Below the pieces are notes generated by a model. That model ran no database searches and was not told the DNA's origin. It saw only the letters and a list, made by a program, of their open reading frames with translations. A stretch of DNA of 64,000 nucleotides from the NCBI GenBank assembly GCA_965206645.1, contig CBDBKE010000002.1:640001-704000 (forward strand), written 5' to 3'. Positions 45,322-60,087 of this stretch are shown here, one piece after another. Each line of letters begins with the position of its first letter. Position 1 is the first letter of the stretch. A program made the translations under genes and the position numbers. The DNA is from Terriglobia bacterium. Lineage in GTDB: Bacteria > Acidobacteriota > Terriglobia > JAJPHL01 > JAPKYU01.

Positions 45322-45822
45322 TCATTCCACCACAGCTAAAGGCTGCCCTGCGTGGACGGTGGCGCCCGCGCGCGCCAAAATCTGCGTGACTACGCCCGCT
45401 TTGGGGGAGCGGACCTCGTTCTGCATCTTCATCGCCTCCACCATCAACAAACCTTGACCTGCCACCACCGTCTGCTGCTCCTCGACGAGTAGGCGCACCA
45501 CCTTGCCGGGCATGGGGGAGCTGATCTCCTGGCTTCCTTCCACGTGGCCGAGGGCGCTGGCGCGCCGCCACTGGCGCGGATCGCGAAGTCCCACACGGTA
45601 GGGTTCGGGCTGCCCGACGATGTAGACCTGGAGTTGCCCGCCAATCTCCTCCACCTTGACCTGGAAGCTACGCCCGCGGCAAAGGATCGAGTAGACTCCC
45701 GGCTCGACTTCCACGGCGTCGGCCTCCAGCGGCTCGCCGTCCACCGCCAAGCAGAGGCTGCCCTGGCGAGTTTCGATTTCCACCACGCGGTTCCGTCCTT
45801 CCATCTCGACAAAGAACTTCAT
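45322..45822 (-). CDS. Biotin carboxyl carrier (biotin/lipoyl attachment) protein
   Basis: SPMPGKVV and EAMKMQNE biotinylation motif. Confidence 0.9.
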   Translation of the reverse strand: MKFFVEMEGRNRVVEIETRQGSLCLAVDGEPLEADAVEVEPGVYSILCRGRSFQVKVEEIGGQLQVYIVGQPEPYRVGLRDPRQWRRASALGHVEGSQEISSPMPGKVVRLLVEEQQTVVAGQGLLMVEAMKMQNEVRSPKAGVVTQILARAGATVHAGQPLAVVE

Positions 45823-46039
45823 CGGCAGCGGCAAGAGCATATCGCATTTGCTTGCGCCGTTGTGGGCTTGCTGTCGTCGGACAGCTGAGATCGGTTTAGC
45901 AAAACATTCTACTCAGAAAATGTTTATTCTCTGGCACCCGATGAGCTTCGAAAACGCAGAGGCGTGGAAGCGTTGAAAACAAGCAACTTCCAGGCCTCCC
46001 GGAAGACAGCTAACTAACTGATTCTTTAAATAGTTATGC

Positions 46040-48666
<2,627 letters not shown>

Positions 48667-48747
48667 GCTGCTCCGACCCGAATCGAGATCAACCGAGAGC
48701 TGTGGAAGCAAAACGTACTGACGCGGATGAGGTGAAGAGACTTTTCC

Positions 48748-51294
<2,547 letters not shown>

Positions 51295-51420
51295 CCCTCC
51301 CGTTCGGTTTCCCAGGCTAAAGAACAGGCGAAAGGCCATACTGGGGAAAGTTGTCGGCAACGACCCCTTGTCGTGAGGCTGGATTAAGCAAGTGGGCGCG
51401 AAGGCAGCTAGAGACCAGGG

Positions 51421-53433
51421 TTATTGACCGGCGGCCACGGGCTCGGCGAGGGGGACGACGGGTGCCAACGGGCTGACAAACAGGCCATGGGATTCGGAGG
51501 CCAGCAGCAGTTGTAAGTGATCCGGCGAGCGGTTGCGTGGCAGAATTTCCAGGCTCCCCAGACGCTTGCCAACTAACCCGGTCCGCCCTAAAGGGTGAAA
51601 GCTGTCGCCTCCGTCGCGGGAAATGTAGACCCGGCCCGTAACGCGTGAGGTGGCATACACCTCTTGCGGGTTGGCAGGGTGCAGGCGCACGGAGGAAACG
51701 GCGCCATAGGGCAACCCCTGACCTTTCTTCTGCCAGTTGGCACCGGAGTCTCCCGAGAGAAACAGACCAAAGCCGGTGGCCGCCAGGATGCGTTTGCCGT
51801 GGAGTGCCAAGGCATTCACATGCACGAGATCAATTCCCACGGGCAGGTAGATGTGGAACCAGTGGCGGCCGCCGGTGAACGACACGTCCAGTCCGGTTTG
51901 TGTGCCGGCCACGAGGAAGTCGCCTTCGGCGGCGATGGCGGTGGCGCTTAACTTGGGGGAGACAGCCTCCCAGGTGCTTCCCGCATCGGTGGATTTAAAC
52001 ACGCCGGCACTGGTCGCCGCGTAGAGGGGCTGGCCGGGCGCGCCCTGGAAGAAATCATGGACGGCAGCCTTCAGCGGCAAGTTCACGCGCAGCCGACGGG
52101 CCTGTCGGTCGCGGCGGGTGGGAGGTGGCCGCCAACCCGCCACCACACGCCCTACGGGTAACCACAGGTTGGCCGCCAGGTCGAGCGCCGCAACGCCGTT
52201 TGGCAGCCCGGCCAGCAGCCGCCCGCCTTCCGCTGTGCGGACGTACACCAGCGCCGAGACGTCCCGCTCTTCCAGCCCGGCCTGAAGCTGCCGCCAGAGA
52301 CCTCCGGCCTCGCTAAAGAAGACACCGCCATATTGCCGGTCGTGGACCACGGCCACGTACAGCCGCCCACTGTCCGGATCGAAGGCGGTCGCCGAGACGC
52401 GTCTGTGGGAGAACCCCTGATTGGAAGCGCGAAAGGTCTTCCCGCTATCGAAAGATTCCAACACTCCGGCGCGCTCGGCGCCCAGCAACAGGTGAGCAGG
52501 GTCCCGAGGGTCGACCAGGATGTCGTTGATCGCCAGGCGGGAGGAAGTCATACGCTGCCAGCCGCGCCCTCCCGACTCGGTCTTCCACAAGCCTTCGGTG
52601 GTGCCGGCGTAGAGCACCGCTGGGTTTCTCGGATCCTGCCGCAGCACGCGGGTCCGGCGCGCTGAATAGGGAATGCCCTGGATCTTCCGCCACGCCGCGC
52701 CGGCCGAATCCGTCCGGTAGATGCCCGAACAGGCTGAAGCAAACACCCTGCGGGGATTACTCCAGTCGATCATGATGCTGAAGATATCCGAATCGTCAAT
52801 GATGCCGGTTTTAATCGAGCGCCAGATTCGGCCGCCGTCGGTGGTTTTCCAGGGCAGGTGCCAGGTGCCGGCGTAGATCACCTGTGGGTCATTCGGATCC
52901 AGCGCCAGCGACTCAATGTTGCGGATTTCCTGATGATAGGGAGGTGAAATGCGCTCCCAGGACTGGCCGGCGTTCTCGCTGCGAAAGACGCCGTCCAAGG
53001 TTCCGGCCACCAGCAGTCGCGGCTGATGGCGGGCCTGGGCTACAGCGCGCACAGTTTGGCCAGCCATGTCGCTCAGCGCGCGCCAGGAGCGGCCCCTGTC
53101 GGTACTCTTGAACACGCCCCCACCGCCGTTGACCCGAGACCGCCATGCGCCCACATACATCACCTTCGGGTCGGCGGCATCCACCAGGATGTCGTCCACC
53201 ACGTAGCCCGCACGGGGTGCGACCTGGGACCACCAGACCCAGGAGCGCCCGGCGTTGGTGGACGCGTAGATTTGTCCATTGCTGGTTCCCAGGAAGAGCC
53301 GCGAGAGATCGGCGGGGTCGGCGGCCAGCGTGCGCACGTCGCCACCGTAAGGGCCAATATGTCTCCACTGGGCCGCCCCGGAGGCCGGCAACAGCAGCAC
53401 TAGCAACACCGAACAGGCAGCGGGGGATCGCAA
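51421..53433 (-). CDS. Secreted BNR/Asp-box (VPS10/YCF48-like) beta-propeller protein
   Basis: Repeated SxDxGxxW motifs, signal peptide; start uncertain. Confidence 0.85.
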   Translation of the reverse strand: MRSPAACSVLLVLLLPASGAAQWRHIGPYGGDVRTLAADPADLSRLFLGTSNGQIYASTNAGRSWVWWSQVAPRAGYVVDDILVDAADPKVMYVGAWRSRVNGGGGVFKSTDRGRSWRALSDMAGQTVRAVAQARHQPRLLVAGTLDGVFRSENAGQSWERISPPYHQEIRNIESLALDPNDPQVIYAGTWHLPWKTTDGGRIWRSIKTGIIDDSDIFSIMIDWSNPRRVFASACSGIYRTDSAGAAWRKIQGIPYSARRTRVLRQDPRNPAVLYAGTTEGLWKTESGGRGWQRMTSSRLAINDILVDPRDPAHLLLGAERAGVLESFDSGKTFRASNQGFSHRRVSATAFDPDSGRLYVAVVHDRQYGGVFFSEAGGLWRQLQAGLEERDVSALVYVRTAEGGRLLAGLPNGVAALDLAANLWLPVGRVVAGWRPPPTRRDRQARRLRVNLPLKAAVHDFFQGAPGQPLYAATSAGVFKSTDAGSTWEAVSPKLSATAIAAEGDFLVAGTQTGLDVSFTGGRHWFHIYLPVGIDLVHVNALALHGKRILAATGFGLFLSGDSGANWQKKGQGLPYGAVSSVRLHPANPQEVYATSRVTGRVYISRDGGDSFHPLGRTGLVGKRLGSLEILPRNRSPDHLQLLLASESHGLFVSPLAPVVPLAEPVAAGQ

Positions 53434-53553
53434 TGTGGACCTCTGAAACGAGTAAATATAACAGAACCGGGGTGAGCGGCACCCGCCACGGCGAGGGGCC
53501 ACCCCCACCGTGGCTATGCCATCAGCATTCGTCGTGGGACTGGCGGGTGGGCC

Positions 53554-54546
53554 CTACCTGCGCCGGCGCTGCTTTGCAGGTTGTTCCGGCGCCGCTTTCC
53601 CGGGCACATCGGCCAAGCTGGCACCCTGTGGCACCAGCCAGATTTGCACCTTGGCGGCGTCTTCGGTACTGACGCGCACCTGGATCCGGGCAGCGGCAAT
53701 GCCCTTCTCGGTCACCAGGTAGGCTTTGACGTTGCTGGCCCGCTGTGCGGCCAAATTGCGTCGCTTCTCCTGAGAGGTCTGATCGCCGACCAGCACCGCC
53801 TGACTCCCTGGCTCGCTTTGCAGGCGCAGGGCCGCGTCGTCCAGGATGGCTTTGCAAACGTTGTCCACCCGCGGCGAATTCCGCCGGAAGGCACACTCGC
53901 TCAGCATGGCCGGCTCGGGCGGAGGCGGCGGTTCTTGGACATCGACGGTAACCGCGCAGTCGGCGCTCAGCCCGCGGTCGTCGCTGACTCGCACCGTCGC
54001 GGTGTAAGTCCCAGTCGGCAAACCACTGGTGTCCCAGCGGACCGCGGCGCCGCCACCTTCAATCTGCCCGTCCAACACTGTCCAGTCGTAGCTCAGCGGA
54101 CGGTTGTCGGGGCTGGAGGCGGTGGCCTGCAAGTTCACCACTTCCCCGGTGTTGACCGAGGTTTCGTCGCCCGAACAGGTGACGATAGGCGGCTTAGGAG
54201 GAGGAGGCGCTTCCACCGTGATCTGAACCGTGCAGTCGGCGAAGCCACCCCGCCCATCGTCGGCGCGCACCGTAGCCGTGTAGGTTCCCAGCGTCACGCC
54301 GGTGGTATCGAGCTTCACCGTGGGCCCGCTACCCTCGATGAGCCCGGCGGTGGTGCCCCAGACGGAGGTCAGCGTGCCGCCGCTGCTCGTAGAGGCCGTA
54401 GAGCTCAGCGTTATGGGCGCGCCGATATACACCTTGGCCGGCTCGGCTTTGCATCTCAAGCTAGGCGTGCCCTGCGCCAGAACCATCGGCGAACTCAGCA
54501 AGACAACAAGACACAGGCACAGAAGCCGGAAACCTGCTGGTGTCAT
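53554..54546 (-). CDS. OmpA-like peptidoglycan-binding protein with two PKD/Ig-like domains
   Basis: Signal peptide; two GTYTATVR.xD.RG..ADC repeats; NLAAQRASNVKAYLV. Confidence 0.85.
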   Translation of the reverse strand: MTPAGFRLLCLCLVVLLSSPMVLAQGTPSLRCKAEPAKVYIGAPITLSSTASTSSGGTLTSVWGTTAGLIEGSGPTVKLDTTGVTLGTYTATVRADDGRGGFADCTVQITVEAPPPPKPPIVTCSGDETSVNTGEVVNLQATASSPDNRPLSYDWTVLDGQIEGGGAAVRWDTSGLPTGTYTATVRVSDDRGLSADCAVTVDVQEPPPPPEPAMLSECAFRRNSPRVDNVCKAILDDAALRLQSEPGSQAVLVGDQTSQEKRRNLAAQRASNVKAYLVTEKGIAAARIQVRVSTEDAAKVQIWLVPQGASLADVPGKAAPEQPAKQRRRR

Positions 54547-54810
54547 TTTTTGAAACCTCCTCAAGCGTGCCTGCTCTCCATGCAGCGAAAGTAACCGCTC
54601 GGCCTCCCGACTGATACTGCTACACTTCGTCGGTAGGCTCGAACCAGAATAGGCCCTTCCGCCCTGCTGGCAAACAAGATTCAGGCCCCGAAGTTTCATT
54701 TTCGATACGGGCCGATTCGAGCCCATTTTCCTGCCTTGTGCGGGTTTTCCCTTTGCCAGTATACTTTTAGCTTCCATCACCCGCTTTGGCGGCTCCGGGA
54801 GGGCCTGCAC

Positions 54811-55620
54811 ATGAAAAATCCCGTGCGCACGGAAAAGAGCGCACCCCCCTTGACCATCCCCACCGTGGTTGTCGACGACGAGCAACTGGCACGCGAAGAA
54901 CTGGCTTACCTGCTCAAAGCGCACCCGGAAATTGAGGTGGTGGCCCAGGGGCAGAACGGGCTGGAGGCCGTCAAGCTGATTCGGGAATACGAGCCGGACG
55001 TGCTGTTTCTCGACGTGCAAATGCCCGGTCTGGACGGCTTCGGCGTCATTAAGGAGCTGATTACCAAGAAAGCGAAACTCCCGCATATTATCTTTGCGAC
55101 CGCCTACGACCAGTACGCCGTGCAGGCGTTTGAAGTCAACGCGGTGGACTATCTGCTGAAGCCTTTCGATAAAGCGCGCCTGGCCCGCGCCGTCGAACGC
55201 GCCCGGGCACGCCTGGAAACCCAGGCGGCCCCGGCCGAGCGGCTCCAGGCCCTGCTGCACAGCGTTCAAGCTCGCGCTTCCCAGCCGACCAAGTTGCTGG
55301 TGAAGGCGCAAAACCGGCTATTTCTGGTCGACTCCAGCTCGGTCATTTACACCACCATCGAGGATGGCCTGATCACGGTGGTGACTCAAAACCTGGAAGG
55401 CTTCTCCAACTACCGCACGATCGAAGACTTGCAGGAGGCGCTGGATCCCAACATCTTCTGGCGGGTGCATCGCTCCTACCTGGTCAACATCAACAAGATC
55501 AAAGAGGTCGTGCCCTGGTTCAAGAGCAGCTACATGTTGCGGATGGACGACCGCAAGCAGACCGAGATTCCGGTCAGCCGAGCCCAAACCAAACGCCTGC
55601 GAGAACTGCTGAAGCTGTAG
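54811..55620 (+). CDS. LytR/AlgR family response regulator
   Basis: VDDE, FLDVQMPGLDG, DYLLKP, WRVHRSYLVN, IPVSR. Confidence 0.95.
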   Translation: MKNPVRTEKSAPPLTIPTVVVDDEQLAREELAYLLKAHPEIEVVAQGQNGLEAVKLIREYEPDVLFLDVQMPGLDGFGVIKELITKKAKLPHIIFATAYDQYAVQAFEVNAVDYLLKPFDKARLARAVERARARLETQAAPAERLQALLHSVQARASQPTKLLVKAQNRLFLVDSSSVIYTTIEDGLITVVTQNLEGFSNYRTIEDLQEALDPNIFWRVHRSYLVNINKIKEVVPWFKSSYMLRMDDRKQTEIPVSRAQTKRLRELLKL

Positions 55621-55733
55621 CCGGGTCCGGGCTCCCCGGGTCAATCCCTGAGGTTCACGAGCTGCTTGGCTCACAGTGGTTCCCCAGGGCTTCCAACCAG
55701 CAACCCCTAGTGTCTCGCTACAAAAGTTCATGG

Positions 55734-55938
55734 CCACTCGCTCACGCTCGTGGCTCGGAAGCGCGTTGAAAATACAGAGCCGCGCGCGTCAGCAAGCGGT
55801 CCCACAGCATGTCATTTCCGCGGGACGACGCCCTGCGTTGGCCCGCGAAATCTGGCGTCCGGCAAGCAATTGCGGCTGAAAAGCAGATCCCTCGCTCTGC
55901 TCGGAATGACAAGAGCCACTCTTTCAGCATCCTTGCTA
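55734..55938. repeat. Composite REP/MITE-like palindromic elements
   Basis: Inverted pair CCACTCGCTCACGCTCGTGGCTC / GAGCCGCGCGCGTCAGCAAGCGG, then a TGTCATT...AATGACA-bounded element (55810-55911). Confidence 0.65.
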
Positions 55939-56015
55939 TCAGCGTCCCTATTAGTAGGGGTTGAACTGGACCCGCGTACCCTGGACTATAATTGAGGTCG
56001 GCGGGAGCCTTACCG

Positions 56016-56816
56016 ATGAGCTTGTTCTGGCTGCGTGTATCTCTGGTGCTGTACTCGCTGGGTCTGGCGCATGCGCTGCTGACCGTCTTGACTCGCCGGG
56101 CCAAGCTGTTCCGCTTTGCACTGGGCGCCATCTTGCTTGGCACCGTCTTCCACCTGGTTTCCCTGGTGGAAGAGGCCGCGGCGATCGGGCATTTCCCGGC
56201 GACCAACTTTCACCAGTCGGTCTCCTTGCTGGCCTTCTCCATCACCTGCGCGTTCCTTCTGGCGTACTGGCGCTACCGATTCGAGGCCTTGAGTGTGTTC
56301 ACGTTCCCGCTCGTGTTCATGCTGACGCTTTCCGCCACGCTAGTCAGCTCGCCGAGGCTGGAGAACCCGGTGTTGCGCAGCGGCTGGCTGTATGTGCATG
56401 TCCTGTTGCTGTTTGCCGGCTCTGCCCTTCTGTTCGTGACCTTCGTGGCCGGGCTGATGTACTTGCTCCAGGAGCGCGAACTGAAATCCAAGAAGCCCCG
56501 GGCCCTGTCCCAGCGCCTCCCGCCGCTGGAGCAACTGGATGACCTGGGCCACAAGACCCTGGCGCTGGGCTTCCCCTTCATGACGCTGGGGATCGTTAGC
56601 GGGGCGCTCTGGGCCGCCGCCGAATGGGGTAGCGGCTGGCAGCTAGACCCCAAGGTGACGCTGTCCTTTGTCACTTGGTTGATCTACCTGGCCCTGATTT
56701 TCACCCGCTGGACGGCCGGTTGGCGCGGGCGCAAGGCAGCCTACTTCGCCATCGTCGGCTTTCTGGCCACCGTGGTGACCTGGAGCGCCGAGAGCGGACT
56801 GCACTCATTCCGGTAA
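56016..56816 (+). CDS. ccsA: Cytochrome c biogenesis CcsA/HemX-like membrane protein
   Basis: WLYVHV, QERELKSK, GALWA..WG..W.LDPK. Confidence 0.85.
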   Translation: MSLFWLRVSLVLYSLGLAHALLTVLTRRAKLFRFALGAILLGTVFHLVSLVEEAAAIGHFPATNFHQSVSLLAFSITCAFLLAYWRYRFEALSVFTFPLVFMLTLSATLVSSPRLENPVLRSGWLYVHVLLLFAGSALLFVTFVAGLMYLLQERELKSKKPRALSQRLPPLEQLDDLGHKTLALGFPFMTLGIVSGALWAAAEWGSGWQLDPKVTLSFVTWLIYLALIFTRWTAGWRGRKAAYFAIVGFLATVVTWSAESGLHSFR

Positions 56817-56820
56817 TACC

Positions 56821-58083
56821 ATGAACTTTACCCTGGTCGGGCTCAGCCACAAGACGGCGCCGGTGGAGATTCGGGAACGGCTGGCCATCCCTGAGTCAGC
56901 ACTACCACGGGCATTGGAGGCGCTGCGGCATTACGGCAGCGTGCGCGAGGGCCTGATCCTTTCCACCTGCAACCGTGTGGAGGTGTTTGCCCGTGGGGAA
57001 CCCTCCTCCGAGCTGGAGCACTCGCTGCACCGCTTCCTGGCCGACTACCACGGTCTGCCCTTCGCCAGCATCCACCCCTACCTCTACCACTACCGCGAGC
57101 GGGAGGCAATCCGCCACCTGTTCCGCGTTACCGCCAGCCTGGACTCGATGGTGGTCGGTGAGCCACAGATTCTGGGTCAGGTTAAGAGCGCTTACGCGGC
57201 GGCACACGCAGCCGGTACGGCCTCCGGCCTGCTGGAAGAAGTGATGAGCCGCGCCTTAAACGTGGCTAAGAAGATTCGCCACGAGACCGGGATCGGGCAG
57301 TCTACCGTCTCGATCAGCTATGCAGCCGTGGAGCTGGCCCGCAAGATCTTCGGCTCGCTGGAAGCCAAGACCGTGCTGGTGATTGGCGCTGGCGAGATGT
57401 CGGAACTGGCCGCCCGGCACCTGATGAGCAGCGGAGCTGCCACCCTGTTCCTCACCAACCGCAGTTTCGACCGGACGGTCGAAATGGCGGCGCTGTTGGG
57501 GGGCCGGGCCGTGCCCTTCGAAGAGCTGTTCGAGACGATGTCCCAGGCCGATATCGTGATCAGTTCCACTGCGGCGCCGCATTTCATTTTGCAGAAGAGC
57601 GACGGCCCGCGCCTGATGGCCAAGCGCAAGAACCGGCCGATGTTCTTCATCGACATCGCGGTACCACGTGATATTGATCCGGAACTGAACAAGATTGACA
57701 ACATCTTCCTCTACGACATTGATGACCTGGGACAGGTGGTCGAATCCAACCGGCGGGAGCGCCAGCGCGAAGCCGACCGCGGCGAGGAACTGATTGAGCA
57801 CGAGGTAGACCGCTTCCTGGCCCACGTCAGGTCCCTGGAGGTCGTGCCCACCATCGTTTCCTTGCAGGCGCGTCTGGAAGAAATCCGGCGCGGGGAGGTG
57901 GAACGGTTACGCGGCAAGCTGGGGCCGCTGTCCCCAGAGCAGGAGCAGGCGTTGGATGCGCTGACCCGCGGCATCATCAACAAGATCCTGCACGAGCCAA
58001 TGACCCAGTTGAAATCGGCGGCCCAGCAACCCGATAGTCTCCGGATCCTGGACATCGTGCGAAAAGTCTTCAACCTGAAATGA
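56821..58083 (+). CDS. hemA: Glutamyl-tRNA reductase
   Basis: SHKTAPVEIRE, LSTCNRVE, SLDSMVVGEPQILGQ, GAGEM, DIAVPRDI. Confidence 0.97.
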   Translation: MNFTLVGLSHKTAPVEIRERLAIPESALPRALEALRHYGSVREGLILSTCNRVEVFARGEPSSELEHSLHRFLADYHGLPFASIHPYLYHYREREAIRHLFRVTASLDSMVVGEPQILGQVKSAYAAAHAAGTASGLLEEVMSRALNVAKKIRHETGIGQSTVSISYAAVELARKIFGSLEAKTVLVIGAGEMSELAARHLMSSGAATLFLTNRSFDRTVEMAALLGGRAVPFEELFETMSQADIVISSTAAPHFILQKSDGPRLMAKRKNRPMFFIDIAVPRDIDPELNKIDNIFLYDIDDLGQVVESNRRERQREADRGEELIEHEVDRFLAHVRSLEVVPTIVSLQARLEEIRRGEVERLRGKLGPLSPEQEQALDALTRGIINKILHEPMTQLKSAAQQPDSLRILDIVRKVFNLK

Positions 58084-59024
58084 GCCCTCCCCGCCTGGTG
58101 ATCGGCAGCCGTGGCTCCCGCCTTGCGTTGTGGCAGGCACAGTGGGTCAGAGATGAACTGGCGCGCCACGGCCGCGCGGCCGATATCGAAATCATCAAAA
58201 CCACCGGGGATCGCATCACCGACGTGTCGCTGGCCAAGGTCGGCACCAAGGGCCTGTTCACCAAGGAAATCGAAGAAGCGCTACTGGCCGGCCGGGTGGA
58301 CCTGGCCGTTCACAGCCTGAAAGACCTGCCGACGGAACTGCCGGCGGGACTACGGCTGGCGGCTGTTCCCCGTCGCGAGGACCTGCGCGACGTGCTGGTT
58401 TCGCGCGACGGGCGGCGCTTGGGCGAGCTGCCGGCTGGCACGCGGGTGGGCACCAGCAGCCTGCGCCGCGCGGCGCAGTTGCGCCACTCGAGGTCCAACC
58501 TGAAGGTCGAGCCCGTGCGAGGCAACCTCGATACGCGGCTGCGCAAGCTGGAGGAGGGCCAGTTTGCCGCGCTCGTGCTGGCTGCTGCCGGCCTGCGACG
58601 TCTTGGTTGGGAGGCTCGCATCACCGAATACCTGGAGCCGGAGGTGATGTGCCCGGCCATCGGGCAGGGGGCCTTGGGCATCGAAGCGCGCGCCGACGAT
58701 GCAGTTACCTTGGACGCCATGGCCCGGCTCAACGACCGTGCCGCTCGGCTGGAAACGGCAGCCGAACGCGCCCTGCTGGCCGGCTTGGGCGGCGGCTGCC
58801 AGGTGCCCTTCGGCGGTTTCGCGCGGCTGCAACCCGACGGCCGCCTGCTACTGCGTGGCGTAGTGGCCTCTCCCGATGGTAGCCGCCTGTTCCGCGCCGC
58901 CGGCGAAAGCAATGACCCGGAAGAACTCGGCGCGCGGCTTGCACAGCAACTGCTGCGCGACGGCGCCGACCGCATCCTGGCGGAAGTCTACGGCAGCCCG
59001 GTCCCCGCGGCGGAATCACCCTAG
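58080..59024 (+). CDS. hemC: Hydroxymethylbilane synthase
   Basis: GSRGSRLALWQ, AVHSLKD, GTSSLRR, RGNLDTRL, GGGCQVP. Confidence 0.97.
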   Translation: MSPPRLVIGSRGSRLALWQAQWVRDELARHGRAADIEIIKTTGDRITDVSLAKVGTKGLFTKEIEEALLAGRVDLAVHSLKDLPTELPAGLRLAAVPRREDLRDVLVSRDGRRLGELPAGTRVGTSSLRRAAQLRHSRSNLKVEPVRGNLDTRLRKLEEGQFAALVLAAAGLRRLGWEARITEYLEPEVMCPAIGQGALGIEARADDAVTLDAMARLNDRAARLETAAERALLAGLGGGCQVPFGGFARLQPDGRLLLRGVVASPDGSRLFRAAGESNDPEELGARLAQQLLRDGADRILAEVYGSPVPAAESP

Positions 59025-59137
59025 CGCGCCGCGCTCCGTGAGAGGTCACTCCCTCGCAGATGGAAAAGGCTTTTCCCAGCGCTCTGGGGGTCGGAGCGGG
59101 TTTTCACTCCGTTAATTTCTTGGGTGCCAGTTTCTGA

Positions 59138-59167
59138 GTAGGGACGGGCAAGAATGCCTGTCCGCAC
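59138..59167. repeat. GTAG-type REP-like palindrome between convergent genes
   Basis: GTAG GGACGGGCA AGAA TGCCTGTCC. Confidence 0.55.
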
Positions 59168-59185
59168 AGGTTGTTCAGCGGGTTG

Positions 59186-59761
59186 CTACGATTCGTATTG
59201 GAGGAGGCTAAGGACGGGGTAGCCTTCCAGTTTCTTGCGGCCGTTCAGGAAAAGCAGCTCCACCACAAACGCCAAGCCGACAATCTCGGCGCCCAGCGAG
59301 CGGGCCAGTTGCGCGCAGGCCGCAGCCGTGCCGCCGGTGGCCAGCAGGTCGTCGACGATCAGCACGCGCTGGCCGTCGGTGACGGCGTCTTTGTGGATCT
59401 CCAGCGTGTCTTTTCCATACTCCAGCTCGTAGGTGACGCTGGTGATCGCAGCCGGTAGCTTCTTGGGTTTGCGCACGGGAACAAAGCCGGCACCCAGGCG
59501 CTCAGCGACAGCCGCGGCGAAGATAAAGCCCCGCGCCTCAACCGCCAGAACTTGTTCAATTTTCTGTCCCTGGTAGGGCGCCGTCAGCGCGTCGAGCACC
59601 CGGCGCAGCCCCGCCGGGTCCTTCAGCAGAGTGGTGAGATCGTAGAACAAGATGCCGGGCTTGGGCCAATCCGGAACTTCGCGGATTAGCTGCTTCAGCT
59701 CTCCTAACGAGCCGGTATTTACTGCCGGCGACCCGGTATTCACTGTCGGCTTGGGCTGCAT
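59186..59761 (-). CDS. apt: Adenine phosphoribosyltransferase
   Basis: [40 protein letters not shown]. Confidence 0.96.
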   Translation of the reverse strand: MQPKPTVNTGSPAVNTGSLGELKQLIREVPDWPKPGILFYDLTTLLKDPAGLRRVLDALTAPYQGQKIEQVLAVEARGFIFAAAVAERLGAGFVPVRKPKKLPAAITSVTYELEYGKDTLEIHKDAVTDGQRVLIVDDLLATGGTAAACAQLARSLGAEIVGLAFVVELLFLNGRKKLEGYPVLSLLQYES

Positions 59762-59770
59762 GCTGTCTCC

Positions 59771-60040
59771 TTAGAATTCAATGCGAAAATTGCGATAAGG
59801 GCGCAATGGCGCCGGGTTTTCCTCCACCCGGGTCACGCGCGCGCCCCGGGGGCCGCGCTCCAGATGTTGCCGCAGCTCGCCGAGCTGCTCTTCGCTGCCG
59901 ATAGCGTACACTTCCACCGTCCCGTCGTAGAGGTTCTTGACGTAGCCGGGCAGGGCCAGCTGATCGGCCGCCCGCTCGACAAACCAGCGGAACCCGACGC
60001 CTTGCACGCTTCCGTGCACGCGGTAAAGGCGCGCCAACAT
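59771..60040 (-). CDS. acyP: Acylphosphatase
   Basis: GSVQGVGFR, GYVKNLYDGTVE. Confidence 0.93.
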   Translation of the reverse strand: MLARLYRVHGSVQGVGFRWFVERAADQLALPGYVKNLYDGTVEVYAIGSEEQLGELRQHLERGPRGARVTRVEENPAPLRPYRNFRIEF

Positions 60041-60087
60041 AACAGCTTTCTGGTGTCAGGTCTCAGTCTGCGGACACCTGGCACTTG

